51,935 nt of DNA from Candidatus Doudnabacteria bacterium (GTDB taxonomy: Bacteria > Patescibacteriota > Doudnabacteria > UBA920): NCBI GenBank assembly GCA_038203095.1, contig JBBREH010000004.1, forward strand, positions 1-51,935. Direction: 5' to 3'. Every line of letters begins with the position of its first letter. The first letter of the stretch is position 1. This document shows, one piece after another, positions 1 to 8,319 of this stretch. The notes beneath the pieces are model-generated. The model was not told the DNA's origin and ran no database searches. It saw nothing but the letters and a program-made list of their open reading frames with translations. Made by a program: the position numbers and the translations under genes.

Positions 1-119
1 TCGCTAAAAGCCATGTCAAAATTTTCGGCTTTAGAGCCGAATAAGTATACCAGCTCAACCCCCAAGCCCGGCATAAGCGTTTGCAATTGCTCTTTAATTG
101 AATTCAAATTGATTTTCAT
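1..119 (-). CDS. 5' part of a second copy of the minimal nucleotidyltransferase (MNT) antitoxin, running off the window edge
   Basis: Positions 1-130 are identical to 2472-2601; encodes MKINLNSIKEQLQTLMPGLGVELVYLFGSKAENFDMAFS. Confidence 0.8.
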   Translation of the reverse strand, partial: MKINLNSIKEQLQTLMPGLGVELVYLFGSKAENFDMAFS

Positions 120-139
120 ATTTTCCAATTTCAATAATA

Positions 140-311
140 GACTTGTTGTTTAATAACTTTTATGATCCAAAAGAAGTTATTTCTGACAAAACCGCAGTTA
201 AAAATTTTGATGTTTAACCTAAGTTAAGCTGTCCGCCAGCCTAGGCTGGCGGATTAACAAGGGTTTGGCGAAATAAGATGTTTTGGGCGGAAAATTATTA
301 AACAACAAGTC
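140..311. mobile_element. MITE-like non-autonomous element
   Basis: Terminal inverted repeats GACTTGTTGTTTAATAA / TTATTAAACAACAAGTC, flanked by direct TAATA (135-139, 312-316); internal palindrome CCGCCAGCCTAGGCTGGCGG; no ORF. Confidence 0.7.
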
Positions 312-567
312 TAATACCTAACTGAATATATTATAACATAACCCGGAAAAAATAACACCACTCCAGCATCTGCGGTTCAATTCATTTGCACTATCTGTTC
401 CCATTTGTGCCGCGCCCTGTACCGGAATCAGCCTTAGGCGGATGACTGGTTCATGGATTTGTGAATGCAACTCATCTACGTAATCTGTCCCCCATCTGCA
501 GTTGGATAGAAAAAATGTTTGAAGCAATTGCTCAAAAAAATATGCAATAAAACAACGCCGGGAAAAC

Positions 568-831
568 CTACGCTTTTACGCCTTTGGCTATATACTGCTT
601 CATTAACGACTGGTAAGGCACATCTAACTCATTGGCCTTAACTTTCACACGCGCGACAATGTGCGACGGTATGCGCAGTGAAATAGGCTGCGAAGTTGGC
701 TTTAAATTAGGAAACACGCCCCGAGGAGCCTTTAGCCAGTCAATATACTGGGTAGAGTCGTGACTATTCCAAAACTTGGCTTCTTTAGCTTCTGTTTTAA
801 ATTTAGGGATTGGCTTTAAGCGCTTGGGCAT
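568..831 (-). CDS. BrnA/CopG-like ribbon-helix-helix antitoxin
   Basis: IPKFKTEAKEAKFW..HDST...ISLRIP...KVKA...VPYQSLMKQYI pattern; overlaps the 3' end of the BrnT-like gene. Confidence 0.85.
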   Translation of the reverse strand: MPKRLKPIPKFKTEAKEAKFWNSHDSTQYIDWLKAPRGVFPNLKPTSQPISLRIPSHIVARVKVKANELDVPYQSLMKQYIAKGVKA

Positions 832-1111
832 ACATAGTCCTTTCTTTTTTATTGGCTAATCGAGAGGATATTACTCTCGCTTTGTTATTTCTTACGGTAA
901 AAGCAACAATTAAAACTTTATCTTTATTCGTCCTGCCAAGCAAACGGTAACGCTGTTCGTGCTGGCTGTGAGTTACATCTGTTGATAAAAAATTGGGGTT
1001 ATAAAATACTTCTTCCGCTTCTAATGGGGCTATGCCGTGTTTAAGAAAACTCTTATGTTTATTCCCCTCGTCCCATATAAACCCATCAAGATTGTTTAAA
1101 ATAAAATCCAT
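803..1111 (-). CDS. BrnT family toxin (DUF497)
   Basis: FIWDEGNKHKS..KHGI...EAEEVF...HS..E.RY.LLG.T...L.VAFTVR....RVISSR.A.KKER motif. Confidence 0.9.
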   Translation of the reverse strand: MDFILNNLDGFIWDEGNKHKSFLKHGIAPLEAEEVFYNPNFLSTDVTHSQHEQRYRLLGRTNKDKVLIVAFTVRNNKARVISSRLANKKERTMYAQALKANP

Positions 1112-1117
1112 AACTTA

Positions 1118-1146
1118 ATTGTATATGGGAGTCTATACATTGTCAA
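1118..1146 (-). promoter_or_regulatory. Sigma70 promoter of brnTA with an overlapping inverted repeat (likely autorepression operator)
   Basis: TTGACA-17bp-TACAAT, 6 nt before the ATG; TGTATA..TATACA inverted pair spans the spacer. Confidence 0.7.
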
Positions 1147-1152
1147 CTTTCC

Positions 1153-1294
1153 TTTATTTATCATAGTTTTGGTCAATACCCCGCAGCTTGCTGCGGTTCC
1201 CTTGCAGTATTCCCTCCCCTTGATGGGGAGGGCTAGGGAGGGGTGTTGCAGTTTGCAGTTGATACCTCGGAGCTCTGCTCCGGGGTGATTCATT
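1153..1294. mobile_element. IS200/IS605-end-like palindromic element (PATE-like), copy 1
   Basis: 142-bp near-identical inverted copy at 15407-15548; subterminal hairpin CCGCAGCTTGCTGCGG; nested CCCTCCCC..GGGGAGGG hairpin. Confidence 0.65.
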
Positions 1295-1554
1295 CTAGTT
1301 TCTGTTTTTTCTTTTTGTTTGCAACTCCTTATCTGTGCTATCCGCTCCCATTTGTGAATCTGTGGATCTCATCTGCCTAATCTGTCTTTTATCTGCGTAT
1401 TTGTGGTTAGATGACTGGTTCAGGGTATCTGTAATGGGACTGTTGCCGAATGGGCTTTTAAGACGAAATTTCAGAATTTTGAGACAGTTGGGCAAAAGAA
1501 ATTTTGATGTTTATCTTGTGGGACATGGGGTCATCTTGTGGGACATGTTGTGGG

Positions 1555-1587
1555 ACATGGGGTCAAGTCTAAACATATCACATTTTT
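1555..1587 (+). repeat. 33-bp cassette-boundary direct repeat, copy 1 (preceded by partial tandem copies 1514-1554)
   Basis: ACATGGGGTCAAGTCTAAACATATCACATTTTT; copies at 2611 and 3315. Confidence 0.85.
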
Positions 1588-1629
1588 CATCCCAGCCCAC
1601 CAACGATACAAACAGGGCGGGTTGTGGAT

Positions 1630-1658
1630 AAAAAAACCGGCTTTTAGCCGATTTTTTT
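1630..1658. terminator. Intrinsic terminator-like hairpin downstream of the HEPN gene
   Basis: A-tract, CGGCT-TTT-AGCCG hairpin, T-tract. Confidence 0.55.
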
Positions 1659-1719
1659 GATCTATACTTTTAGCGCTGCTTCATCAAAGCTTAATAAGGA
1701 ATATCAAACTTGTTGTATT

Positions 1720-2175
1720 TTATCTTATTGTTAAACCAAACTGTTCAAGATGTTGTAAAAAATTATTTACCTGCTGTAAAAATACGTCAACGTCAACCAA
1801 ATGATTTTTGAGTATTTGCTGAATTTCGTCCGGGGTAACATCGGCATAAAAATGGGTTAAGCGGTTTCGGTAGCCTGCCATTAAAACCAGCTTTTCCTGG
1901 GCAAAACCAAGCTCTACCACTTTTAACTCTCCTAATTTTAAAGCAATCTCTTTGTATTCCACTGCCCGGCCGCCCGGCAATCTGGAAAGAATATGCGAAC
2001 CAATGTGAAATACACCTTCTAGAACCCGCCTCAGGTAAAACTGGGATTTAATAAAATTGTCTTCTAACGCAAATTCAGCACCACTAAGTTCGGCTAAATC
2101 GCGCAGTTTAGACACATCTTTTTGTATGCCTTCAATCCTCGGCAAAATGGACTGACTTTTAAGGCTGTTTGGCAT
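1720..2175 (-). CDS. HEPN/DUF86 (HepT-like) RNase toxin
   Basis: MAGYRNRLTHFY contains the HEPN R-x4-H motif followed by x-Y; coupled to MNT. Confidence 0.88.
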   Translation of the reverse strand: MPNSLKSQSILPRIEGIQKDVSKLRDLAELSGAEFALEDNFIKSQFYLRRVLEGVFHIGSHILSRLPGGRAVEYKEIALKLGELKVVELGFAQEKLVLMAGYRNRLTHFYADVTPDEIQQILKNHLVDVDVFLQQVNNFLQHLEQFGLTIR

Positions 2176-2590
2176 AAGCGGTAAGCCTGTTTAAAATTTG
2201 TTTATTAAACATTTCTAAGTGCGGTTTAAAATCCGCGTACTGCGTAGTTACGTTGTCTACAAAATCTTCTGAGGCTCCGGGCACGGATTCAAATAAAAGG
2301 CGTCCATTGTCCGCCACGTCTTTTTTTAATTCCAAACCGGCTGTGTTTAAAAAAACAATGTCTAATTTTTGTCCGGGCAACAGATTGCTAAAAATATTAT
2401 ATATATTTGCGTACAAAAAATTTTTATTTTTTGGCATTTTTTTTGGGCTAACCAAAACCGCTATGTCGGTATCGCTAAAAGCCATGTCAAAATTTTCGGC
2501 TTTAGAGCCGAATAAGTATACCAGCTCAACCCCCAAGCCCGGCATAAGCGTTTGCAATTGCTCTTTAATTGAATTCAAATTGATTTTCAT
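2159..2590 (-). CDS. Minimal nucleotidyltransferase (MntA-like) antitoxin
   Basis: YLFGS...SDTDIAV...LDIV motif; start taken at MKINL because the identical copy at 1-130 ends just upstream. Confidence 0.88.
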   Translation of the reverse strand: MKINLNSIKEQLQTLMPGLGVELVYLFGSKAENFDMAFSDTDIAVLVSPKKMPKNKNFLYANIYNIFSNLLPGQKLDIVFLNTAGLELKKDVADNGRLLFESVPGASEDFVDNVTTQYADFKPHLEMFNKQILNRLTAYAKQP

Positions 2591-2610
2591 ATTTTCCAAT
2601 TCCAAAGGGA

Positions 2611-2643
2611 ACATGGGGTCAAGTCTAAACGTATCACATTTTT
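2611..2643 (+). repeat. 33-bp cassette-boundary direct repeat, copy 2
   Basis: One mismatch to copy 1; contains the stop codon of the PIN gene. Confidence 0.85.
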
Positions 2644-3080
2644 TGTTTCCGGTGGTTTTCTATAAACTCTTTAGGACTGGCTATTTTTAATCTCTGCTTT
2701 GACGCGTAAACTTTAATTTCTGTTTTGAAAAATTCTTTATCGAGAGTTACCAAAAAATCGCTGTTCTTTGCGGCCGAAGCAAGAATGGGGCTGTCGTTTT
2801 TTGAAATATATTCTAAAGCCTCCAAGACTAATTTTTTATCAGGATAAGGCAGAATTTCAACCTGGCTGGCGCCTAACATAACAAAAAGTTTTGTTTTTAA
2901 TTCCGGCGCCGAGGCAAATTTGGAGCCCAAAATGTCTGTAATTTCATCCAAGGAATACTGATTAACCTGAAAAGTGTAATTGTTCTTGTAAAAATCCAGA
3001 ATATAAAAACTGCCCCCTCTGGCTGAAAGGAGGGCAGAAATAATCACGCTGGAATCCAAAAAGATTTTTTGTTTAGGCAT
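2634..3080 (-). CDS. PIN-domain (VapC-like, PIN_3 type) toxin
   Basis: IFLDSSVIISALLS..G.S ... ND.PILASA ... LVTLDKEF acidic PIN motifs. Confidence 0.88.
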   Translation of the reverse strand: MPKQKIFLDSSVIISALLSARGGSFYILDFYKNNYTFQVNQYSLDEITDILGSKFASAPELKTKLFVMLGASQVEILPYPDKKLVLEALEYISKNDSPILASAAKNSDFLVTLDKEFFKTEIKVYASKQRLKIASPKEFIENHRKQKM

Positions 3081-3246
3081 ACAGGGTCTTAAACAATTTT
3101 GACCTGGTTTTTTTTGCGGCCACTTTTACCTTTTGCCAATTTTTTTCGTCGATTGAATAATCAGGTTCCTTTACAACCGATATTTTTAACATCTGAATTT
3201 GAATTTCTAAATTCTTGATTTTTTCGTTGATTGCTAACTTGTCCAT
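3073..3246 (-). CDS. Unlisted 57-aa ORF, putative antitoxin of the PIN toxin
   Basis: MDKLAINEKIKNLEIQIQMLKISVVKEPDYSIDEKNWQKVKVAAKKTRSKLFKTLYA; GAAAGGA SD; overlaps the PIN start. Confidence 0.75.
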   Translation of the reverse strand: MDKLAINEKIKNLEIQIQMLKISVVKEPDYSIDEKNWQKVKVAAKKTRSKLFKTLYA

Positions 3247-3314
3247 AATTCTTTCCTTTCTCTATAGTAGTTACATATTAAACTACGCCTTTCAATAAGT
3301 CAATAAGCATAGGA

Positions 3315-3347
3315 ACATGGGGCCAAGCCTAAACATATCACATTTTT
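3315..3347 (+). repeat. 33-bp cassette-boundary direct repeat, copy 3
   Basis: ACATGGGGCCAAGCCTAAACATATCACATTTTT, two mismatches to copy 1. Confidence 0.85.
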
Positions 3348-3442
3348 TATTTTAAATGAGTACATTTAGGGTGGGTTATTAAAAGCAAATGATTTAATCA
3401 GGACTTACGATCTTGCCACTTTTGAACCGGCGGAGCCGGACC

Positions 3443-6079
3443 CTAAAATGTTAATTTTTTTGAAAGCCAATTTTTAATATGCGTTTCGTCGCGATTAAGC
3501 CAGGCCGCATTGCTATAAATTTTTTCTAATGTCTGTTCAATCGCCCGTTTTGCACCAGGGGCTTGATGCTTTTTGAAGAATAGATTAACTTCCGTGGCCT
3601 TTTCCATAGTGACAAACCCGGCCGCAGGTTTAATAAAGCGGTTTAAAATATGCCCGGAGCCGGGATATTTTTTTAGCAGTTCGGCCCAATGCGTTTTGGT
3701 AAACTGCCATGCCAAATTACGACCCTCTTGATTCGCCCAAACCGAGGAAAAAATTTGCGCCGTGTCCTGAATACGAACATCTTTGGACATTGCAAATTCT
3801 AAAGTTTTTTTGAGCAGGCCAGCATCTTTAAACTGCCCCAATGCGCGACCAATCCGGTTTTGCTCTTCATTTAACTGTTCACTTTTATACCGCGCGACAA
3901 AATTCGCATGTTGTTTAGCGTTGCCGGTTTGGGCAACTATTTGATAAATTAGACTGCGAATGTCAGGAGGAATTTTTCCGGATTCAAAAATCTTTAGGCC
4001 TAACTCAATTGTAGACTGGTGGTTAAAAGCCGTTAGCTGGCCTAAAATTAAACTACGCAGCAAACCATAGGTATGCTTCTCACCTTTTTTTGGATAAAAT
4101 CCAACTGCCTTACCTATGGGTGATAATAATTTTTGCGCAAATTGTTCAAAGTTTACATAAAAATCCGAGCCGTAGATTAAGTTTTTCACCCCGGCCAGCC
4201 CGCTTACTAATTCTACCCAAACTGTATAGTCTGTTTCATTAACATAGGCTTCGGCCAGTTCAAGCGCCTGCACAGTAGGCAACTGCCCTGCTTCCGCTAA
4301 GGCAAACGCGTCCCGAACCAGACCCAAACGGTCTATTGGAGAAATATTTTTTTCCTTCACGGGCTGTCGCAACGCCGCGAGCATTTGCGCCGGATAATCT
4401 ACCCGAAAAAATCCTGTCTCGCCAACATTTAACTTAGTCCAATCAGATTTTGTCTTGCCAATAGTAGCTGATTTGCTTTTGAGCAAAAACTTTCCGGCTT
4501 GAGCGGTTTGGGGCATACCAATTCCAATAGGAATATCCCAAACTGTTAATTCGGTGCTTTTTTTCTTTGATATAGAGGAAGAAAAAAATCTCTCCTGCGT
4601 GAGCTTAAAATTTTTCAAACCTTCAACAATTTTTACAACCGGATACCCGGGCCTACTGGTCCAATTTTTCATTAATTTTTCAACCGGTTTACCGGAAACT
4701 TTTTCCAACGCCTTCCATAAATCGACTGTGGAAGCGTTAGAGTAAGAATGTTTTTTTAAATAGTACCTTAATCCGTCACGGAAATCTTTTTCACCCAAAT
4801 AGCCGGCAAGCATTCTTATAATACTTGCGCCTTTGCTGTAAGAAATTTCATCAAAAATTTCACCTATCTCATCGGGGTGACCAACCTCCACTTCTATGGG
4901 GTGTGTATTTTTTAGAGCGTCTAATTTTAACGCCACGCCCAAATCGGCATAAGCAAACTGGGTCCAAATATCCCAAGAGGGAAAAAGCTTGTTAGTAGCT
5001 AAATATTCTATATAAGAAGCAAAGCCTTCGTTTAGCCACAAGTGCGTCCACCATTCCATAGTCACCAAATTTCCAAACCACTGATGCGCCAGTTCGTGGG
5101 CAATTACCAAAGCGACCCATTGCTTGTTGGCGGCCGATGAATTCTCGGGATCAACCAATAATGCCGATTCGCGGTAAGTCACCGCGCCCCAATTTTCCAT
5201 AGCACCGTGGGAAAAATCGGGAATAGCAATTAAATCTAAAACGGGCAACGGGTAAGGAATATCAAAATATTCATTATAAAACTCCAAAACTTTAATGGCG
5301 GTATCCAATGCGAATTTAGCCTGGTGTTTTTTTCCGGGAGTTACAAAGACACGGACGAGTGTGCCTTTGTCGGTTTGGCTTGTAGGGAACGGTTTAAAAC
5401 CGTTCCCTACCGAAACCTTCCGCTGTGACTTTGTACGTCCTTCAATAAACTCAAAATCCCCGACTATAAAAGCCAGTAGGTATGTGGACATTTTTGGCGT
5501 TGGCGCAAACTTTACTACTCTGTACCCGCTCTTATGCTCGACAACAGAACTTTCTACGGTATTGGATATTGCGGTTAGCCCCTTGGGGACCATTAGTGTT
5601 ACATCAAACACAGCCTTAGAGCTGGGCTCGTCAAAGCACGGAAACGCCCTGCGGGCATCGGTTGCTTCAAATTGAGTCGTAGCCATATGCTTTTCTTTAC
5701 CCTCGTGCATATAACGACTTCGGTAAAATCCACGCATTTTGTCGTTTAATATACCGGAAAATTTTAGGCGCAGTTCCCCTTTTCCCTTTGGCAAAGCTTT
5801 CGCAAATTTGAAAGTTGCGGTTTCACTTTTTGGGTCATAATTAGTGCTCCCCCTCCTCTCCTGGCGAGGAGAGGATGCCCGAAGGGCAGGAGAGGTCGAA
5901 ACATAGATTGACGATGCTATATCCAACTCCTTACTATGTAGCGTAATTTCCGTTACTGCTTTTTTTAAATTCAAAAAAATTACTTCATCCCCTTCAAAGG
6001 TAAAGTTTTTTAAGTCAGGTTTTATGGTTAACTGATACCTTTCGGGCTTAATATATTTTGGGAGTCTAACGTGTTTCAT
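3443..6079 (-). CDS. pepN: M1 family aminopeptidase (PepN/puromycin-sensitive type)
   Basis: GAMENWG and HELAH...WLNEGFA zinc motif; two in-frame palindromic insertions. Confidence 0.95.
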   Translation of the reverse strand: MKHVRLPKYIKPERYQLTIKPDLKNFTFEGDEVIFLNLKKAVTEITLHSKELDIASSIYVSTSPALRASSPRQERRGSTNYDPKSETATFKFAKALPKGKGELRLKFSGILNDKMRGFYRSRYMHEGKEKHMATTQFEATDARRAFPCFDEPSSKAVFDVTLMVPKGLTAISNTVESSVVEHKSGYRVVKFAPTPKMSTYLLAFIVGDFEFIEGRTKSQRKVSVGNGFKPFPTSQTDKGTLVRVFVTPGKKHQAKFALDTAIKVLEFYNEYFDIPYPLPVLDLIAIPDFSHGAMENWGAVTYRESALLVDPENSSAANKQWVALVIAHELAHQWFGNLVTMEWWTHLWLNEGFASYIEYLATNKLFPSWDIWTQFAYADLGVALKLDALKNTHPIEVEVGHPDEIGEIFDEISYSKGASIIRMLAGYLGEKDFRDGLRYYLKKHSYSNASTVDLWKALEKVSGKPVEKLMKNWTSRPGYPVVKIVEGLKNFKLTQERFFSSSISKKKSTELTVWDIPIGIGMPQTAQAGKFLLKSKSATIGKTKSDWTKLNVGETGFFRVDYPAQMLAALRQPVKEKNISPIDRLGLVRDAFALAEAGQLPTVQALELAEAYVNETDYTVWVELVSGLAGVKNLIYGSDFYVNFEQFAQKLLSPIGKAVGFYPKKGEKHTYGLLRSLILGQLTAFNHQSTIELGLKIFESGKIPPDIRSLIYQIVAQTGNAKQHANFVARYKSEQLNEEQNRIGRALGQFKDAGLLKKTLEFAMSKDVRIQDTAQIFSSVWANQEGRNLAWQFTKTHWAELLKKYPGSGHILNRFIKPAAGFVTMEKATEVNLFFKKHQAPGAKRAIEQTLEKIYSNAAWLNRDETHIKNWLSKKLTF
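5382..5410. repeat. GTAG-type REP palindrome within pepN
   Basis: GTAGGGAACGGTTTAAAACCGTTCCCTAC, read as VGNGFKPFPT. Confidence 0.85.
5847..5897. repeat. CCCCTCCT-type double-hairpin repeat within pepN
   Basis: TCCTCTCCT-GGCG-AGGAGAGGA plus TGCCC-GAA-GGGCA, read as TSPALRASSPRQERRGS. Confidence 0.75.
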
Positions 6080-6626
6080 TTTTTGATTTAATTAAAAATT
6101 GTTTAAATTTTTTAAATGCCAACCCGCGAGGACTGGTGGTAAAAATTCCTTCGGCTTTAATTTCAGACAGAGTCTTTTTTGATCCGCTTGGCAAAAAAAT
6201 CTCGTCATAACCAAAACTATACTTGCCCCTGGGCTTAACAATCTTGCCTTTTACGGCTCCTTCAAAATAATAAATTTTTTCCTTATTTTGACAGTACGCG
6301 ATTAAAGTCTTTGCCACAGCTCTAGTGTTGCCCAGCTTTTTGGCCAAAACATACTCGCCCTGTGAACCCAAAGTCTCGTTAAACCACTTAATTAATGGCC
6401 CGGGCAGCTTGCCTTTTAAACAGTCAAAATACAAAGCCGAATCCTCAACAAAAAAATTTTCCGCTCTGTGTTTTAACGCCTCGTTTAATTTATGCTTTAA
6501 AACCTTTTTCACATCAAGTTCCTGGATTTCCGGTAAATCCATATTCAGCTGTTCAATCTTAAATGGCGCTAAAATTTGCGCCGCTTCCTTGGCTTTTGTT
6601 TTGTTGCTGGTGATAAATTTAAGCAT
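6066..6626 (-). CDS. Ham1/RdgB-family non-canonical purine NTP pyrophosphatase
   Basis: FITSNKTKAKE, LPEIQ, VEDSAL, LPGPLIKW, FGYDEIF; SHR motif appears as SPR. Confidence 0.88.
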   Translation of the reverse strand: MLKFITSNKTKAKEAAQILAPFKIEQLNMDLPEIQELDVKKVLKHKLNEALKHRAENFFVEDSALYFDCLKGKLPGPLIKWFNETLGSQGEYVLAKKLGNTRAVAKTLIAYCQNKEKIYYFEGAVKGKIVKPRGKYSFGYDEIFLPSGSKKTLSEIKAEGIFTTSPRGLAFKKFKQFLIKSKNETR

Positions 6627-6682
6627 ATGTTCTTTTCTATTACATTAAACGCTGTGCAGCCATTCAAAATTTTAAACTAAAA

Positions 6683-6744
6683 TGTAGTTAGCCCATTTAT
6701 GGGCTGTCAAATTATGAGGACAGCCGATGAATCGGCTAACTACA
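6683..6744. repeat. REP doublet (REPIN-like)
   Basis: TGTAGTTAGCCCATTTATGGGC...GCCGATGAATCGGCTAACTACA; related copies at 7866, 16704, 26250, 29587, 42959. Confidence 0.8.
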
Positions 6745-6951
6745 CCCTGACAATTATTCGCACCGCAGTTTTTCATAATTCTACCTGCCACCTCTATCAA
6801 GGCATGTGTCTACTTTCCAAAAATCGGCGTACCACAGACAGACAAGCACTAAATAAAATATTCCAGTTAAAATCAAAATAATTTTTGTAAGAGTATTGAC
6901 TTTAGGGATCTTCATGTTTTCACAGCCTTAATCTCCATAAAAATTAAACAC

Positions 6952-7482
6952 TTAGCTTGATCCGAGTTTAATTTTAAATCTTAATTTTTTGGGCAACCCT
7001 TTTCCCATATTAACCTTAGCCTCAAACTTCCCCCCGTTACTTTCAATAATTTTTTTGGAGCCTAAATTGGTTATGTCGCAAGTAATTACCACGTTTTCTA
7101 TTCCCAAGGACTTAGCTTTTTTTAAGGCCAATTTTAAAATTAGCTTCCCGTAACCTTTTTGCCGCTCGTTTGGACGAATATAGTAGCCAATATGTCCGCC
7201 GATTTTTTTAAGATGGCCGTTCAGTTGATGCCTGACATCGGCCTCTCCCAAATAACGACTACCGTCAGCTAACCAAAAAATTGTTTGGTTTACATAGCCC
7301 GGCTTAAGATATTCACCTTCAGATTGCAAATTTAGCCGTTTAATGAACTCCGGAAAATTATTGGCCAGCTTGCCTTTTGAAATATTTGTGGTGTCATACG
7401 ACTCTGTCATAACCTCTCGCGGCAAAAAATCCTCCAAAAAGCCTTTTTTGTATTTAACTGACGGTTTTACCAGTTTGGGCAT
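6952..7482 (-). CDS. GNAT family N-acetyltransferase
   Basis: GGHIGYYIRPNERQKGYGK acetyl-CoA motif, TCDITNLGSKKIIESNGG; start placed at MPKLV. Confidence 0.88.
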   Translation of the reverse strand: MPKLVKPSVKYKKGFLEDFLPREVMTESYDTTNISKGKLANNFPEFIKRLNLQSEGEYLKPGYVNQTIFWLADGSRYLGEADVRHQLNGHLKKIGGHIGYYIRPNERQKGYGKLILKLALKKAKSLGIENVVITCDITNLGSKKIIESNGGKFEAKVNMGKGLPKKLRFKIKLGSS

Positions 7483-7529
7483 AAAAAAACAATCTGATTT
7501 TATTATACCAGATTGTTTTGAATTACGCA

Positions 7530-7778
7530 TTACGGCCTATAAGGAACTTCAGTTCTTTCCGCGGCTTGGATAACCCAATGCTCCAACTGCTCGGTTTTAT
7601 TCTGGGCTTCTAAAAGCTTATCTTCATGTTCACTTGAAGTTTTTGAAATTGCGCCGACAGCCTTAAGCACTCTTTCAATATCAGCCTTAGTAGCCATTTC
7701 TGATTTAATCTCTGACTTTATTCTTTTTTCAGATTCGTCAATATAATCAAATATTGGTTGAAAGTTTGTCTCGCTCAT
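7530..7778 (-). CDS. Small coiled-coil hypothetical protein (ATKxD type)
   Basis: MATKADI...LEHWV; upstream TTGACA-17-TATATT lies 6 nt before the ATG. Confidence 0.75.
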   Translation of the reverse strand: MSETNFQPIFDYIDESEKRIKSEIKSEMATKADIERVLKAVGAISKTSSEHEDKLLEAQNKTEQLEHWVIQAAERTEVPYRP

Positions 7779-7865
7779 AAATTAAATATAAAACTTTAGT
7801 TTTTGGGTGTCAAGCTTGTCTCCACTTTGCGCTTATTCAGCTTTTTCCAAAAACATCGATATTTC

Positions 7866-7947
7866 TGTAGTTGCTCGATTTATCCAGCACCATCTGATGG
7901 TGCATAGATTTATCAAGCCTAGGGGCCTGATGAATCAGGCAACTACA
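7866..7947. repeat. REP doublet (REPIN-like)
   Basis: TGTAGTTGC...GCCTGATGAATCAGGCAACTACA. Confidence 0.75.
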
Positions 7948-7983
7948 GCTTACGTTGGGAAAAGCTAAATAGATACTCCAACC

Positions 7984-8274
7984 TTAGACGGATTTATCTG
8001 TCTCCGATAAGTCCTGATGAGAAGCCGGGTGCTTATCAACATGCAGCTTTTTTACCGCTTCATTGACCTTGTCACTAAACTCTTTTATTTGAGCGTCGCC
8101 GTTAACCATTAGCTCGGCAATTTCTTCGGGTTTGTGTTTGCCTAAAATCGCCAGCACCATAACCAAAGTTGAAGTAGACCATAAGCCTTTCTCCATTTGG
8201 TTTTGAGCCATAGCTAATTCGTAAAGCATTCTCTCAGTTTTAGAAGGTTCTTTTTTGATGTAGTCTTTGGACAT
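7984..8274 (-). CDS. Hypothetical protein
   Basis: 96-aa ATG-started ORF downstream of secA, same strand as neighbours. Confidence 0.7.
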   Translation of the reverse strand: MSKDYIKKEPSKTERMLYELAMAQNQMEKGLWSTSTLVMVLAILGKHKPEEIAELMVNGDAQIKEFSDKVNEAVKKLHVDKHPASHQDLSETDKSV

Positions 8275-8319
8275 AAGGGAAAGTAATTAGTAATTAGTAG
8301 CTAGTTAATAGTAGTTAGT

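Noticed and set aside
318-1631. ORFs 318-527, 1096-1293, 1295-1495 and 1335-1631
   Set aside because: They are translations of ATCTG-type repeats and the palindromic element, with no protein-like features.
1514-3347. Direct repeats as a CRISPR array or integron attC sites
   Set aside because: Spacers are gene-sized, there are no cas or intI genes, and no RYYYAAC/GTTRRRY palindromic structure.
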